Made by a program: the position numbers and the translations under genes. From NCBI GenBank assembly GCA_030141605.1, contig JAQGDQ010000238.1, positions 62,001 to 126,000 of the forward strand: a stretch of 64,000 bases of DNA, written 5' to 3'. The notes under the pieces are model-generated. The model was not told where the DNA came from, ran no database searches, and saw only the letters and a program-made list of their open reading frames with translations. This stretch comes from Tubiluchus corallicola. Lineage: Eukaryota; Animalia; Priapulida. Shown here piece by piece: positions 30,942-45,391 of this stretch; position 1 is the first letter of the stretch, and every line of letters begins with the position of its first letter.

Positions 30942-33900
30942 TATATTAACGCGCTGAGGGTAAATTTAGAAGTGGGTTTCATGCATAATTCAAACAATTC
31001 ATTCTTAACGCAAAGGGCGAGACCCATGAGGTTTTTCCTGAACGCCAATGTGAATATTATGGTAACGATCATTACCACACAAATATAATAGAAAGAGACC
31101 TGTGAGCCTATTGGCAATTAAGTAATCGGCCCATAGGTCAGACGTCCCAGTTGCTATTCACGTTTTGTATGCGGCAAAACATAAATTAGACCATTTTTAC
31201 TTAGACCATTAGCACTTAACGTAATGATAAAGACTAATTACGTAATACGTTTAATCATTTTTAATCTCAGACATCATATTTGTTGTACGAGTTATCATTA
31301 CAGGTGACTGTTCTTATTTGATATAATTACTTAATAGCATTTTTGCTAACTGGAGTGGTTTCCACATTATAAAACAAACAAGGTAGCACAGCTGACATCC
31401 CAATAATAAAATTCATAAAGTTAATATAACTAATTAACGCTTTTTTTTACTGAAGTCTACAACCTTCTTGAAACATTTCAAGTGGATAACTTGGATCGTT
31501 ATTTTGACCAGGCTTTAATTTTGAATTCAAAATGCCCTATTTGCTTCTTTTGGCGCACATGTCAAATTTCTGAAAATTTACATTTTTGCAAATATTTTCT
31601 CACTTAGTTATTCATTGCACTTCCAGTGTGAGTTTAACCCATTATAACGTTGCATTGACTTATATGGCGTATAACTACAAGCCTATATAGAAAATGTGAA
31701 GTAACTTTACACTATTCATAAGATTTGCTGCATGTTTAGTTACTTTTCTAAACAGAAGACAAGATAAGTAGAGAAGGAGTGTGACAGTTTCTAATCTATA
31801 AAGTTGTTAAATGCACTATATCACCAAGTTTAGTGGCTTGCAATCTTCGTTAACAACGTGGTTGAATCACTAAAGACTCTATGAAATGTAAAAAGGAAAT
31901 AAGTAATAACCATAAAGTAAAAAAATAAAATGAAACCAAAAACCAAAAAAATCAGGGATTTGAACCTGAAACTCATGGATTACAAATTTAACGCCGCCAG
32001 TATTAAATTAAATTACCCATTGTGATAATGCCAGGTCGACAGGCTTAGTTTGCAGGGTTAGTTTTCTAACTAGGTGGTCACACACCTCGTTCCTTTCATT
32101 TATATGCAATCTTTTCTGGTTGTTTCATCTGACACTTGCTATGTTCGTTACTTCTAAAGGCATTCTAGTCAGCCTGGAAGGCTGTAGCAATGTAGCAGAA
32201 TAGCCAGCTAACATTTTGACCATGTGGAGGGTCCAGTTAAGTCCTGAAACCCGGTGAAGCATGGTAACTGCTAATGACTGTTTGCTCTAACGCAGAGATT
32301 TTTATGTAAATCGAAATAACACACCAAACAATAGGTCTCTGGCCTCGCGCCGACTTTTCTTTTGGGAGTTTGGTTTCGAAAGTTCACTAATTGTTAATTG
32401 GTTTCCTCCATCAGTGTTTTTAGTAGTGCATGCATAATCCGTCATTTATTTTGTAATGACACTAAATGCTCTTATTTGTATATTAAATCTGCACAATACT
32501 TATTCTAGTCTAATTAAATTTGTTGCTTGAGCCGGAAATCAGTTTTGAACTTAATCTACTTTATAAATATAAGAGGTCATTTGATTATAAACTTAATTAA
32601 TCAGGTGGCCGTTCATGTGTGCTGTTAAATGCTAGGAAACCTTCATACAACGACAGCTTACAGTTCCATAGAGCAGAAGAACATGAGCGTAACTTTTTTT
32701 GTTTGTTCTAAATCTCTATGTTATACATACAATATTACTTACCATTTGTGACTTAAAGCAAAAATGAACCTAATCTTAAACTGTAGATCAAGAAAACAAT
32801 CTACTCTTTAAAATATTGAAGGAAACATACTATTTTTTCAAACATAACTTACGCGAAGGAATATGCATTTCGCCATTCGCTAGCTAGACGGGCACTAGAG
32901 CCTGCATTTCGGAAACGCATTGCACAAAAAACAGGTGTTGCACTTCTCAGTCCTGATGCATTCGTTCTTATGATGTATTAGTGTGTATTAACTAGACACG
33001 TTCGAAAACTCGTGCGTGAGCACAACGTTAAATTTAAAATTTGAATTTTTGTCTTAAAAGTTGCCTAGTTCTAGTACAGCACACTGACTATTTTACAGTA
33101 GCACTGTTCAATTTTTGCTTTCGCAAACACGTGCAACTCGTTCGTAGAATATTTTTGTTGTTGAAAATTATGCTAGTCATCAATAATTGGGCTCGCCCGC
33201 CGTTAACCAAGTTTTTAATCTATTATTTAATTATCACAAACGCTTTTGTAGTATTAATTGTGTTAAGATGTTTATTTTTTTATTGCATTTGAAAATGGGG
33301 TCACATATGAAAAGTCATCCTGTCTTCCTTTAAAGGAAGGGTCAGGTCTTCTGAGAAACAGACTGAGTGACTTATTATTTTCTTTAAATAGTAATTCTTT
33401 CAAGGGTGAGAACCTAAATGCGTACATCCTACATGCATTTCCGCCCATGCACCAGGCGAATTAATAGTCAATATAATATAATAAAAACTTTATCTATATG
33501 ATCAGCTAAAAGCACAGAATTGTGTAAAAAGTTTGACGTTGATGTAAAATAATACCGCTGACGTAGGAGTTTTATAGCTGAGCTTGACGTTCACTCTCGT
33601 GATTAAAAATTCATTACGTTTTTAAAAGGCATTAGTAATTTTCGCAGTTTAATCCTAATTCAATTGATACGTGTACAAAAAATTAATTTTAGATAAGATT
33701 GTTTGAATAGAATACGAAGCAGCTGACGCAGTACCTAGAGTTTGTTTAGTGTGAAATTACAACATGGCCACAATTCTCAACAGTGATCAAGCGAATATTG
33801 TTTTCTTAACAGTATATTATTTCTTATCGTAACACATGAAGGCGCACTGTACATCCTGGTTAAACATAAGTTTTCCAGTGCACAAAAACAGAATAAATCA

Positions 33901-33968
33901 TGGTTTAGTGTGGATCACTATTAAAATGTCCTTTCGAAAGAAAAACTTTTGAAAAATTAACCTACTTA

Positions 33969-34616
33969 GGCCCATTTCATAGTGAGTACGCAAGGAAAAT
34001 GACGTAAGTTATTGCTGGAAGAAAATCAGAAAACTTTTACAAAATTTCCGATTTTTTCTCGAAATCCCATGAAGCAAGAAAGTTAATTTCACAGTGAAAC
34101 CGCGCTGCAGCTACTTTGCAAGTTTCATACTGTATAATCATGTCTAACTTAATAATTAGTAATAAATTAATAATATGTACAATTAATAATGTTAGTCAAT
34201 GTAATGTCAGACCTGTTTGTTTTTTAGTAAAGTTCTACTAATAACTTCAAAATCTGAAAATATACATATATAAAATGAATATTTGCGTGCGCTTCTTTTC
34301 TTATTTTACAAGTGCAGCCATCGATGTTGCATTAACAAAACATAAAATTGTTAGCCTGTTAAAAGAGATCTTAAAACTTAAAATTTTATGCTGAAATGTT
34401 TCAATTGTTGTTCGTTAAATTAGTAAGAAGTAATTGAGTAGTTAAATTTAAAACTAAATTCCGTGAGGATTCATCACGAAAATGGAACATGCAATATTTC
34501 TACCATGCGGCCAAATTCCTCAGGAGGCGGTATAGTGTTTAGTTGGTTGGCTGCAAAATTCCTCCCGAGGAATTGCATGAGTCAATTTGCTACGCGTCCT
34601 CACTGTGAAATGGACA
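33969..34616. mobile_element. MITE with about 40-bp imperfect TIRs, PIF/Harbinger-like
   Basis: GGCCCATTTCATAGTGAGTACGC... versus the reverse complement of the right end TGTCCATTTCACAGTGAGGACGC...; TTA on the left flank. Confidence 0.75.
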
Positions 34617-36811
34617 TTGGCGCGAGGTTTAGTGACCAAGAACTTTCTTTGTTGGACTATGTCCCTGGTCAGTGCTTTATCGAGAAAATTTGGCACTTTT
34701 GAGCTCTTGTCACAGAGCTTGATCTATGTATCCCAAATTAAAGTGTAATCGTGTAGGAGTAATTATTATCTTATTGTAACGCGTATGTAGCACAGGTGGG
34801 ATAGGTTGATATCCAACTTTCGCTTAAGAGTAATTAGTCAACTAACAGCCCGATTTGGATAAATACGGCAGTTTGTAAGTAAATTGTACAAGAATAAAAA
34901 CGGTGTTTTTCTCATGCATTACACGTTGAATGTAATAAAAGTAACTAGACTGCATATTTATAAATTTTTGAACAATTGTCACATGATAAAGCGTTGATGG
35001 TAATACTAGTAATATTGCAAATTACAGCCAATTCATGTCAACAATTAAGTGTGCTCAATCAAAATTATATAAAAAAGGATATCCCGTTGAAAACAAGTTT
35101 TCAAAATTAGTAGAACGCGAGAGAACAACAGTGCATACTACTACATGTAACAGGCTACAAGTGACGCGTTTTATAAAAGTTGAAATAAATAGTATAAAGG
35201 TTCAAACAAAAGCGTCATGTCGAGAACAAGAATAAAATCTGGCATCATTGTCGAGAACGGGAAATTACTTTGGTTCCTAAATCTCGCTTCTTTCGTGTTT
35301 AGCTCAGAAAAGGTGGGAGAGTCGATGTATCAAACTAAATGTTTTATCTAAAGTTTTTTCTCGAAAAGTATTATTAGTGTTTGATATCCATTGCCGCGTC
35401 ACCTGTATATATTTGTAAATGAAAGCAATAAACAAATGAGTTAACACATCATGATGTAATATTTACATTACCACTTCATATATAACGACATAACATAACA
35501 ACTTCACTTGTAAATAGAGCAAAATAGTGTTAATCAAAGTTATGAAATTAACAATTCAATATATCATCTTGAGATTCTTTACTGACATTGTTCTGTGTTC
35601 GGAATTCGCTACAAACTATTTACGAGTTCTAATTAGTATATTTTGTTTCGTGCAAATCTTCAATGAACAACGACATGAATTTGTAATTAGATACACACTG
35701 TGATAGCCGGTTGCCCAGCATCTTTAGCAGAAGCTACAAAACTTATTTAATTAGTGAAGAAGTTGTGGCGGAACCGTACCTCTGCTGGCTCACTGTGTCA
35801 TCTATAACTCATTAAAAATTCATCTTTTTTAAAAATGGGTTTGTGACGTGTTGTAGTGTAGATTTGTCAAACAATTTGCGATCATTTAAAAACATTTGCA
35901 AGCGTTTAGCTATATAGCCAAGTCAACCGTAAAGAATGCTGCCTAGACCTTCGATCATTTACTGATGTTTTTGTGCTGGATGATTTTACCTTGATCAATC
36001 ACCTTGATCTGTTACCTTGAATGCATTTTTATGTACAGAAATCGAATCTTCAATTTGTTTAGGATAATAGGATCAATTTTTGAAGCGCATAAGTGACACT
36101 ACAATTTTTTTGGAGACAAAAGCTTAGCTTTCTCTCGACCGTTGTCTCCTCCAAGCACGCGCGTGCACAATATGCAATCTCAAGAGGTGCTTCATAATTT
36201 ACACGGCGATTTGTTACTGTGAACTTTGTCTCTTTGTTCAGGACTTTCTCCAACATACCTATTTCTCAGTTTCTGCTAACAATTGGAACCCGTGTATGAT
36301 TTTGCAAACCTAGCAGGGGAAACTGGTTAACTGTACGCCTTGAAAGCTATTGGCCAAACATGGAAGCCAGCTTCTAGTGGATTTTGATGCTACTTTTGAT
36401 TTGTACGTTTGTCAAAACAAGTGCTCTATGGAATCTAATAGCAGATCTTAAGGTAGATGTAGGAATAATGGGCCGGCGTGTCTTAAATGCAATCTCTGAT
36501 GAGGTTTAGAACATTTTTGATCTAAACTATTTTGTTCATACTCATTATATCTTGATATTCTCTTAATTACTGTAAATATGTAATTTTGTAAATAACTTAT
36601 GTTTCGAAGTTTTGTTAATTTCCAGTAATTTTATAATATTGTAGTTCTTTTTTCGTAATATTAATTGTAGATGTGACGCTGTTGCCAATATTCAGTAAGT
36701 CGTTTACGTTGTATATGATTGACTAGTATACTGCCTCCTATACACTGTATACATTTCTTATGTGCAATGTACTTCGTAATACGTAAGTTTTTAATTGGCA
36801 AACAAAGATTT

Positions 36812-37652
<841 letters not shown>

Positions 37653-38036
37653 CTGTGCGCATGCGTGCTTGGGCAAGCAGCCGACAACAGAGAGCCATAT
37701 TCTGCTAGAAAATTCAGCCCATCATTAACGTTGTAGCGACACATTATCCTCCCAATTCACAAGATTTGATTGTCATTTCCATTTCACGTACTTGCTGCTA
37801 ATTAAATAGTCAAATCACATGTGGCATCCTATACTGACCTGCTGTATTTCTAGCTAGATTACTATAACTTGTAATACAATAGAAAATAATTTCTTGAAAG
37901 CACTTGGAAATGATTAAAATACAATTCGACGATCTTTAGCGATAAGAAAAATAAAAGAATAAGATTTGTCATGGACGTAATTGCCATGTCAGAGCCGGTC
38001 CTGCTACAGTAAGGGTATATAATTGACAACCACTGC

Positions 38037-38392
38037 TATCATCAATATCATCATCATCATCATCATCACCATCATCATCATTATCATAGTCATCATCATC
38101 AACAACAACATCTAGGTCGTCTATGTGTGCCCCCGTAGAGATACCTAGGCCGCTCCACCACTTTCTGGCACGTTATGTTTTAGCTATTTTAACAGATATT
38201 TACTTTCTAAAGTTAGGTCTCGCTGTGGACGCAAATATTTTCTAAAAATTCGTCTGGACACTACCCCACTCATGCAAACGGGTTCAGTGTGAGAATAGTC
38301 CCTTGCATAAACGTGACATCATCATCATATTCGTGATTATCATCATCGACGTCACAGTAGTCGTCATCGTCATCATCGTCGTCGTCGTTGTC
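38037..38392. repeat. Imperfect (CAT)n/(CGT)n tracts
   Basis: Read directly at 38037-38110 and 38317-38392. Confidence 0.8.
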
Positions 38393-40739
38393 ATATTCGT
38401 TTCGTTTTAACCAGTTTTACAAAATGAGCAAGAATTTGTAAACTAACGAGCTAGTAATTTTACAAATTACTAGTAACAGTGTTTTTACTTTTTTTGTTCT
38501 TGTTATCTTTTCTTAATTTATTTTTCTGTTTTACATCTCTTCATTTTCGTTTCTGTGTTTTCAAAACCACATTTTCTTTCCCTTCCTGTCTTTTATCCCT
38601 TTGTCCTTTTTCTTTTTTATCATTTTTGTGCGTTTCATTTTTATTTTCATTTCTTTTCTCCACACGTTCTTGTTTTTTCTCTGGTTTTCTTTTACATTTT
38701 CAACCTTGTTTTCCGTTTTACCTTTTTGTTACGGCTCGTTTTCTTCGTTTCGTTCTTTCTTACGTGTGTAATATGAATACGTGTGTAATATGAGGTATTC
38801 AAATTGCATGAAGAAATTCGAGTTTCGAGCATGAAATTTTGGCATTTAAAATAGTTCTATTGCTTGGGCTCCTTTTGTTTTTCATTGCTTGCATTTATTA
38901 TTGCAATTACGTTTTCATTTGCTTTTTAATCTTGATATTATTTTGATTTGTTTTGATTTTATTTTGCTTGAAATTTATTTTAGTTAAGTTTTGTTAAGTA
39001 TGCAACTTTTATGATTTTTTTCATTTTGAAGTTTTCTTTATAAATAAGCATAACAGCATTAGCCACCTTAACATGTGTTGAGAGCAACAAAGACTTTATG
39101 GTCTCTCTGTCACTCCGTCTCAAGTTATATTTGCAAGTTGTTGTTACTTGTAGTTGTTACATCTAAAGAGACAATAAACTATTCTATTCTATTTTGTGTT
39201 TTTCCTTTTAAGGCCCATGTTGTTTGATAATACTGGGCTCTGGAAGGAAGAAATGGGTAAAAAACTATATTGACATAAATATATCACACAGTTTTATATG
39301 TCCAGTAGAAGAACCGTGACAAAAAGTGGGCACAAAAGATTTAATTTTTCACTGACCTAGGTTTTATTAGTGGAAACCATCCAACGTGTGTAGTAAACCC
39401 AGTACCTCATTGCCGCGTGTAAGTTGAAACCTAATAATGCATCGCTAACAAGAAATGCTAAAGTTATTTATAGTGCGCTCCTAGCGGTGACTCCGGAAAA
39501 CAGAATTCCAAACTTCCGCGGTCAAAAAGTGTTGGGAACATTTTTCACATTTTCAAATTCGTAAATAACTTTGCTAACACTTAACTGACTCGGATAAAAT
39601 TAGCACCAATTAAGTGATTACAACACGAAAAGCCAAGTTGACATAAGACAACAAAAAGCCAATCGGTTCACGATCGCTAATCAATAACTGATAGCTGGAT
39701 GAATTTGTCGACAATATTGACATCTAATGTTGTGTTTCTCAATAATTTCAGAAGTACTGAGCCTATTTGTTTATTTTATACTTATTTCAGCTCGTAGACA
39801 AAGTCTTGAGCCATGAAAATACAACAATTACTGAGAAAACTAATTATAAAAACATAAACTTACAATTTACAGCAAATAAAAAGTGGAAATAGTTAAGATA
39901 TTTACATAACTGACATACATTAAAAGTACATTAAAATTTCGTTCCAGTGGGCAAAAATTTTGGAGCATATAAAAACATCACTACTGTAAATTACCTTTTT
40001 TATGAAACAATGACGATTCATTGTTTTATGAAGAGTTTAAAACACGACATCTAAGATTATAATGTACATTTTACGCAAAATAACTTCAAAAATGATTAAT
40101 ATTGTTCTCCCGTTGGGTTTTCGCTGCCAGGGTAGTTGTTATACCCCCTGGACTGTTGGAACCAGAGCTTTCGGTTGTCGAAAGGCCTCTATTCGAACAT
40201 CACATCCTAAAACGAGATTAGTAAACCGAACGACTCCAGCTTTCACCAGCCTTGAAATAGCGGCATAAGACCCAGCAAAAATGCTTCATTTGTTGATGAA
40301 TAGATGAGTAAAACTTGAATTTTGTTGTCATGTTTATAATGAATGAAACTTTTTGATGAATCTTGAGTAGCTGACTAAAAAAACACACAAAGAGTAAACT
40401 ACCCTCGAGGGGTTACCAAACCCTCACATTTGCACCGAAACAGTTGGGCGCTGAGAGGGCGGGTGCAGGCTTGTCCTGTTTGGCGCTCAAGCTCCAGCTA
40501 CCACTGAATTCAAGGAACAGAATACGGCATTTATATAGACTAAGCATAGGTGAAATAGGTAAGTATTTAAATTTGAGACAATCAGAAGGTAGGATTTGTG
40601 AAGTTTATGCAGGTAAGATTATTACATTTTGAATTGCAGTGGTGTTTTACTTTAAAGAGACTTTGAAATAGCATACAAGTCACATATCTGTGTCATTGAG
40701 TCTATGGAAGTTTGAACGCGAAGCAGGGCGAAGCTCAGC

Positions 40740-41400
40740 AACGTAACAATACAGAGAGGCATCCTGCAAGATACCATATTAGGTCCTCTACTCTTTTTTT
40801 ATACGTTAATAAAATTCATTTAGTTTTACATAATTCAACTTAATACAATATGCTAATGATACAACTATCTATACAGCACACGTAAACTTTCTAACATCGA
40901 AAAATAATCTAGAAAACGACATGACAAATATAAATGCAGCACTTAATTATTTCGGTTTATAAATGAATGTTGACAAGACAGAATTTATGGTTATATCACC
41001 CAAAACAAATGACTATATCTTCAGGTGCAACACTAAAAGTAGGTGACTATTCCATATAACAGCAAAAACTGTAAAACTTTTTAAGCATTACTGTTGATAA
41101 TAAACTCACTTGGGATGAACAGTTTCATCAAATACATAACAAGATGGCATTAAGCACAGCGTTCTTACGCCAAGCCAGAGGCCATTTAACCAAGAAAACA
41201 AAAATTCTCATTTCCAAAAGTCTGATATTACCACATTATCTGTATGGCTGCGCTTTTATTCCAAAGCATTAAAAATGAAAACTTTCTAAAAATAAAAAAA
41301 TGCAAAATTATGCTCTTAGATTAATACATGGCTACTCACACAAATGTGCTAAATAACATGCTGCTCCTGCAACAAATTTAAGAACTTCCATAAAATACCC
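40740..41400 (+). mobile_element. Decayed LINE RT fragment (L2/Crack/CR1 group)
   Basis: Frameshifted translation RGILQDTILGPLLF..YVN...QYANDTTIY...MNVDKTEFMVI...ITVDNKLTWDEQ...KSLILPHYLYG. Confidence 0.85.
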
Positions 41401-42524
41401 ATATTAGAAGCCAATCGAGATTACAGATATATATATAATATCATTTTCTACACAGATTGTAGAAACTCGAATACCATATCTATATTTAAAGAATTTTGCC
41501 ATAGGCGTATAGTATGCAGACTTTAGCTTATTAAAGTTGTACCTATTCCAGGGCGTAACATTTGGTTTCCATTTTTAGATATATGCAGTTACATTTAGGA
41601 TCAGCAATACATCTTATAGATCAGCAGTAGATCAGCAACTCATTAATCAGTTACTTTCCTCCTTAATTATTATTTTGCTCAAAATGCCAAATTGATCAAA
41701 AGTGGGTAAAATTTGAATTGCGCTCACTCGAAACGACTTCGATAGACTTACTTAATATAAAATTTAGCAAATTTTGGTATTTAAGCACGCAAGGGTCTTA
41801 TATAGTACAACAATAGAATAGATCTACACTGAAATAAAGTGTGTGCAGAACGTTGCAATAAACCAGGAACTGATAAATCTTATCTTTCTTATAAGAGTGT
41901 AAAATCTTCCATAGAATCAAGAACAATCTTGATTCTTGCATCTCTGTTTGAATAAGATAGGATTATGTAAGATTTAAGATAATGATGATTTTTCTCGGTG
42001 ATAACACACATCTGTGTAGCAGTATGTAGTTGCATGCGCCCCACGTGAGGTGCCTAGACGGTGCCAAACGTGGCGTAACTACCGAAGAACAAAGACTACT
42101 TAGATGGTAGATCAGATAAAATGGCAGATAGCCATCTCTTCTCTGCTCTTTTCAATGTGGTTAATTAACAGGTCTCCAGATCTGACTTGGTGCAAAAAGA
42201 TCAGAGATAAGCCTTACAGGTGAAAGATTTCTAATCTTAGTACAATAGCATCGAGATGCATTCAAAGGGAATGTTACCACGTGGTAACAAGATTTTTTCA
42301 TTGCCACTAAACTTATTTTTACAAAGCGCGGCAAATAATAAAATTTAAAAAATTTTTGTTAAGTCTGAGGCACCATAGACTTTGTATTTTCTTTAAACGC
42401 TATAGATTTAACGGATATGCCAAAGTTTGGTATAAAATGCAGTTTTTGTGGTTAAAATGCGTTGTATGAGCTAGCACCAAGAGAAAGAAGGGGAAGAAGA
42501 AACAGAGAAAAACAAATAAAGAGA

Positions 42525-42625
42525 AAGAGACAGACAAATGGACGGAAAGACGGATGGACGGACAGAAAGACAGGCAAGCAGACAGACAGACAGACAGACA
42601 AACGGACGGACGGACAGACCGACAG
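42525..42625. repeat. (GACA)/(GGAC) imperfect microsatellite
   Basis: Read directly. Confidence 0.85.
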
Positions 42626-43394
42626 AGAAGAGAGGAAAGAGGGAAAGGCAACTATGAACTAATGATCTAAAAACAACGTTCCGTGTTATACCCGCCAAAC
42701 TTTTGTGACTTACCTGCGTGGAAGTAACATTAGAACACAGTTGAATAACATCAAAGAGAGCCGCTCAAACTGCCGCACGTGTAAGTCCTATGTACACGTT
42801 TTGCGTATTCATTCATTTATGCGTAAATTCATCTCAAATTAAGGTCATGCAAAATCAAATCACTGGCCCTTGGTGCAGTCAGGTAGATAAGATAGATCAT
42901 TATCATCTTAAAACTAAATAATAAACGAAACTACATCCGCATATAATGATAAGCCTTGATAAGAATCAGACGTTTTTAAAATTTAGTTAACGAAAAACAG
43001 TGCATCTGCATATTTTGTGAAAAGTACATCTGCTGGTTCTCACTATTATACACAAAAGTTCTTTATCGTCCATGTTACGCATTTTGCTTAATTAACCTCT
43101 GTTATTGGGTTATTCTTCTTTCTACTGACAAAAGATGGCGCCACATGCACGTTGCAAGCTAAGTTAAATTAACCCAGGCTAGAGAGACTAGTCATTTGTA
43201 CAACGTTTTACAATATTTCAATGCTTCGATTACGGTTTTTTTGCAAGCAATTTAGCTGTTAAAATGAATCTTGGACTCGATTAAACTCTAACATTGTATT
43301 TATTTCAACTATAATGTGTTCATGCTTTCCGGTCCTCCGAATAATTTTATTTCACATTTATTCCGTTATATAAATATATAGGGAGAAATGAAGT

Positions 43395-43421
43395 GAGAGA
43401 AATTCAGAGACAGAAAGAGAG

Positions 43422-43462
<41 letters not shown>

Positions 43463-43475
43463 AGAGAGAGAGGAA

Positions 43476-43563
<88 letters not shown>

Positions 43564-43585
43564 GGGAGAAAGAGGAAGAGAGAGT
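43395..43585. repeat. (GA)n-rich tract
   Basis: Read directly. Confidence 0.95.
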
Positions 43586-43883
43586 GAAAGAATTGTTACA
43601 ACAGTGTCGATTTGACTGACGATAAGAAATTTAATTCTGTTAAAACTGCGTTACAGTTCTGCGTCATTTTGCGTTTTTTGCATTCTTGACACAGCAGATA
43701 ACATTGTTAGTTTTAGCTTTTTTACGTCTATCGAAAGCAACTACAGTGCAGTACTAAAGTATCAATTTGATTTTTTTCTATTTAGTGAAACATAATTAGT
43801 CTGTAAACTGCCTAGTACGATTAGCGCCTCTCCCCTTCGTATAGTGCTTTATAAATTACAACTAAAACACAATCAAAGGCAAA

Positions 43884-43937
43884 CTTCTCTCTCTATTCCC
43901 TTCTTCTTTTCTCCCAACCTCCCCCCTCTCCCTCCCT

Positions 43938-43987
<50 letters not shown>

Positions 43988-44010
43988 GCTTTTTCTCTGA
44001 CTCTCTCTCT
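43884..44010. repeat. (CT)n/pyrimidine tract
   Basis: Read directly. Confidence 0.92.
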
Positions 44011-44929
44011 TATTATCTAAACCCTATCTAAGTTTAATTTTTAAACGTTACATTTTTTGGGTCATGTTGGGTCACAACAAATGATCTAATTACAAAACAT
44101 GAAGTATTTAGTGTGCGACGCACTGGCATACATTTCCCTAGGTTTGTCAGTTATTTTTGTCATTTGTAATAAAAATTCATGACGATATATATGTAAATAT
44201 AAATGCTGTACGAAATTATTATAATTACCTTGTTCATGTACTGCTCTGACCCTGAATCAGATATGCACTTGTCCCTACTGTGCATCTGACAACGTAAAAA
44301 TTATCTCACTGCGTTAGTTTAATTTTAGAATCCTTAGGCTGTAAACCATCGAAAATTTCAGAATAAAAGGCATATACATCCGACTCGAGAGTAATATAAC
44401 TTAGGCCCACAACCTAAATATCTCTTATCAAATAAACAAAAGTAACTAGTGCTTTTGAAAGGTCTCGAACGTGGATCAAGTTACATCTTGGGTTACTTTA
44501 CTTATGCTTGAGAATTCACTTATATTTATTCTAGAAAAAACGTTTTCGTCTTGCATTTGCAAATGCAGGCCTAGTAAAAGCAATTGCACATATTTCTGAC
44601 TCATTTTTCTTGATCGCCACTGTAACGTTATTATTTTATATCCAATTAAATTAATTTTCAATGCTTTGTTGATCTTCCAGCTTAACTGCTAGGCGGTCAG
44701 AGTTGGACAAGGGCCAATCCAGAATAAGGTTTCCTCTGTTTACCTTGCACCAATTTCATACATAGATGCGCTTTAGTATGACATCTATTTCAAACACAAG
44801 ATTTTGTCGATTAAAATCATTTGTTTGATTTAGATGATGCGGCCCGTGCAGTATCACATTAATGGCATTCACTGTAAAGTTTGTGGACGTGCATCGGTAA
44901 GTTCCATCACCTCAGGTAAAGATTACCAA

Positions 44930-45170
44930 AGTACAAAGAGGCGGAGAGTTCCCACGATCGCTCTGGCATGCTGCCCACCTAAGGTCGGCACGTGTGACAT
45001 GAAAACCCCGCCCTCACACCCGGACAACGACCAATTAAATGCGGTTGGTCGCGAGCCGATGCATGCTGCAATTGGACACTGTCATCACAACGCAACGCCT
45101 GATTGGCTAGTGATACTTGTCAGGTGAAAAAACTTTATTCTGATGAGCGTCCGCACGAGTTACGAGTGCT
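44930..45170 (+). promoter_or_regulatory. Hes proximal promoter: Su(H)/RBPJ site TTCCCACG (44949-44956), GGCACGTG E-box (44987-44994), GC box CCCCGCCC (about 45006), three CCAAT boxes (45031, 45071, 45102), N-box CACGAG (45154-45159)
   Basis: GC/CpG-richer island 150-390 bp upstream of the ATG. The motifs match known Notch-response and Hes autorepression elements. Confidence 0.7.
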
Positions 45171-45322
45171 ACTTGAAATTTTAGATTACCAGCAAGAATT
45201 TAGTAGAAAAGTTGTCTGTACTCGAAAAAAATATTTAGTGTGAATGGCAAACTAGTTGCGATGCCAGACAGTTTCACTGTGGTTTGTGTTTTAGGTATAT
45301 AGCGTGTTAACAATTTTTCATT

Positions 45323-45391
45323 ATGACGGAAGAAAAGTATTCCACATTATCGCCAGCTCCTGGTCCTATCAAAGCTAGCGAACATAGAAAG
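45323..45391 (+). CDS. HES1: Hes exon 1 ([23 protein letters not shown])
   Basis: ATG at 45323, donor AAG|GTAACA. Confidence 0.92.

Noticed and set aside
31950-32005. tRNA gene on the minus strand (GGTTCAAATCCC T-arm)
   Set aside because: No acceptor stem or D-arm pairing; at most a decayed tRNA-SINE head.
45121-45160. Intact Su(H) paired site
   Set aside because: Both half-sites are degenerate and the spacing is 19 rather than about 15-17 nt.
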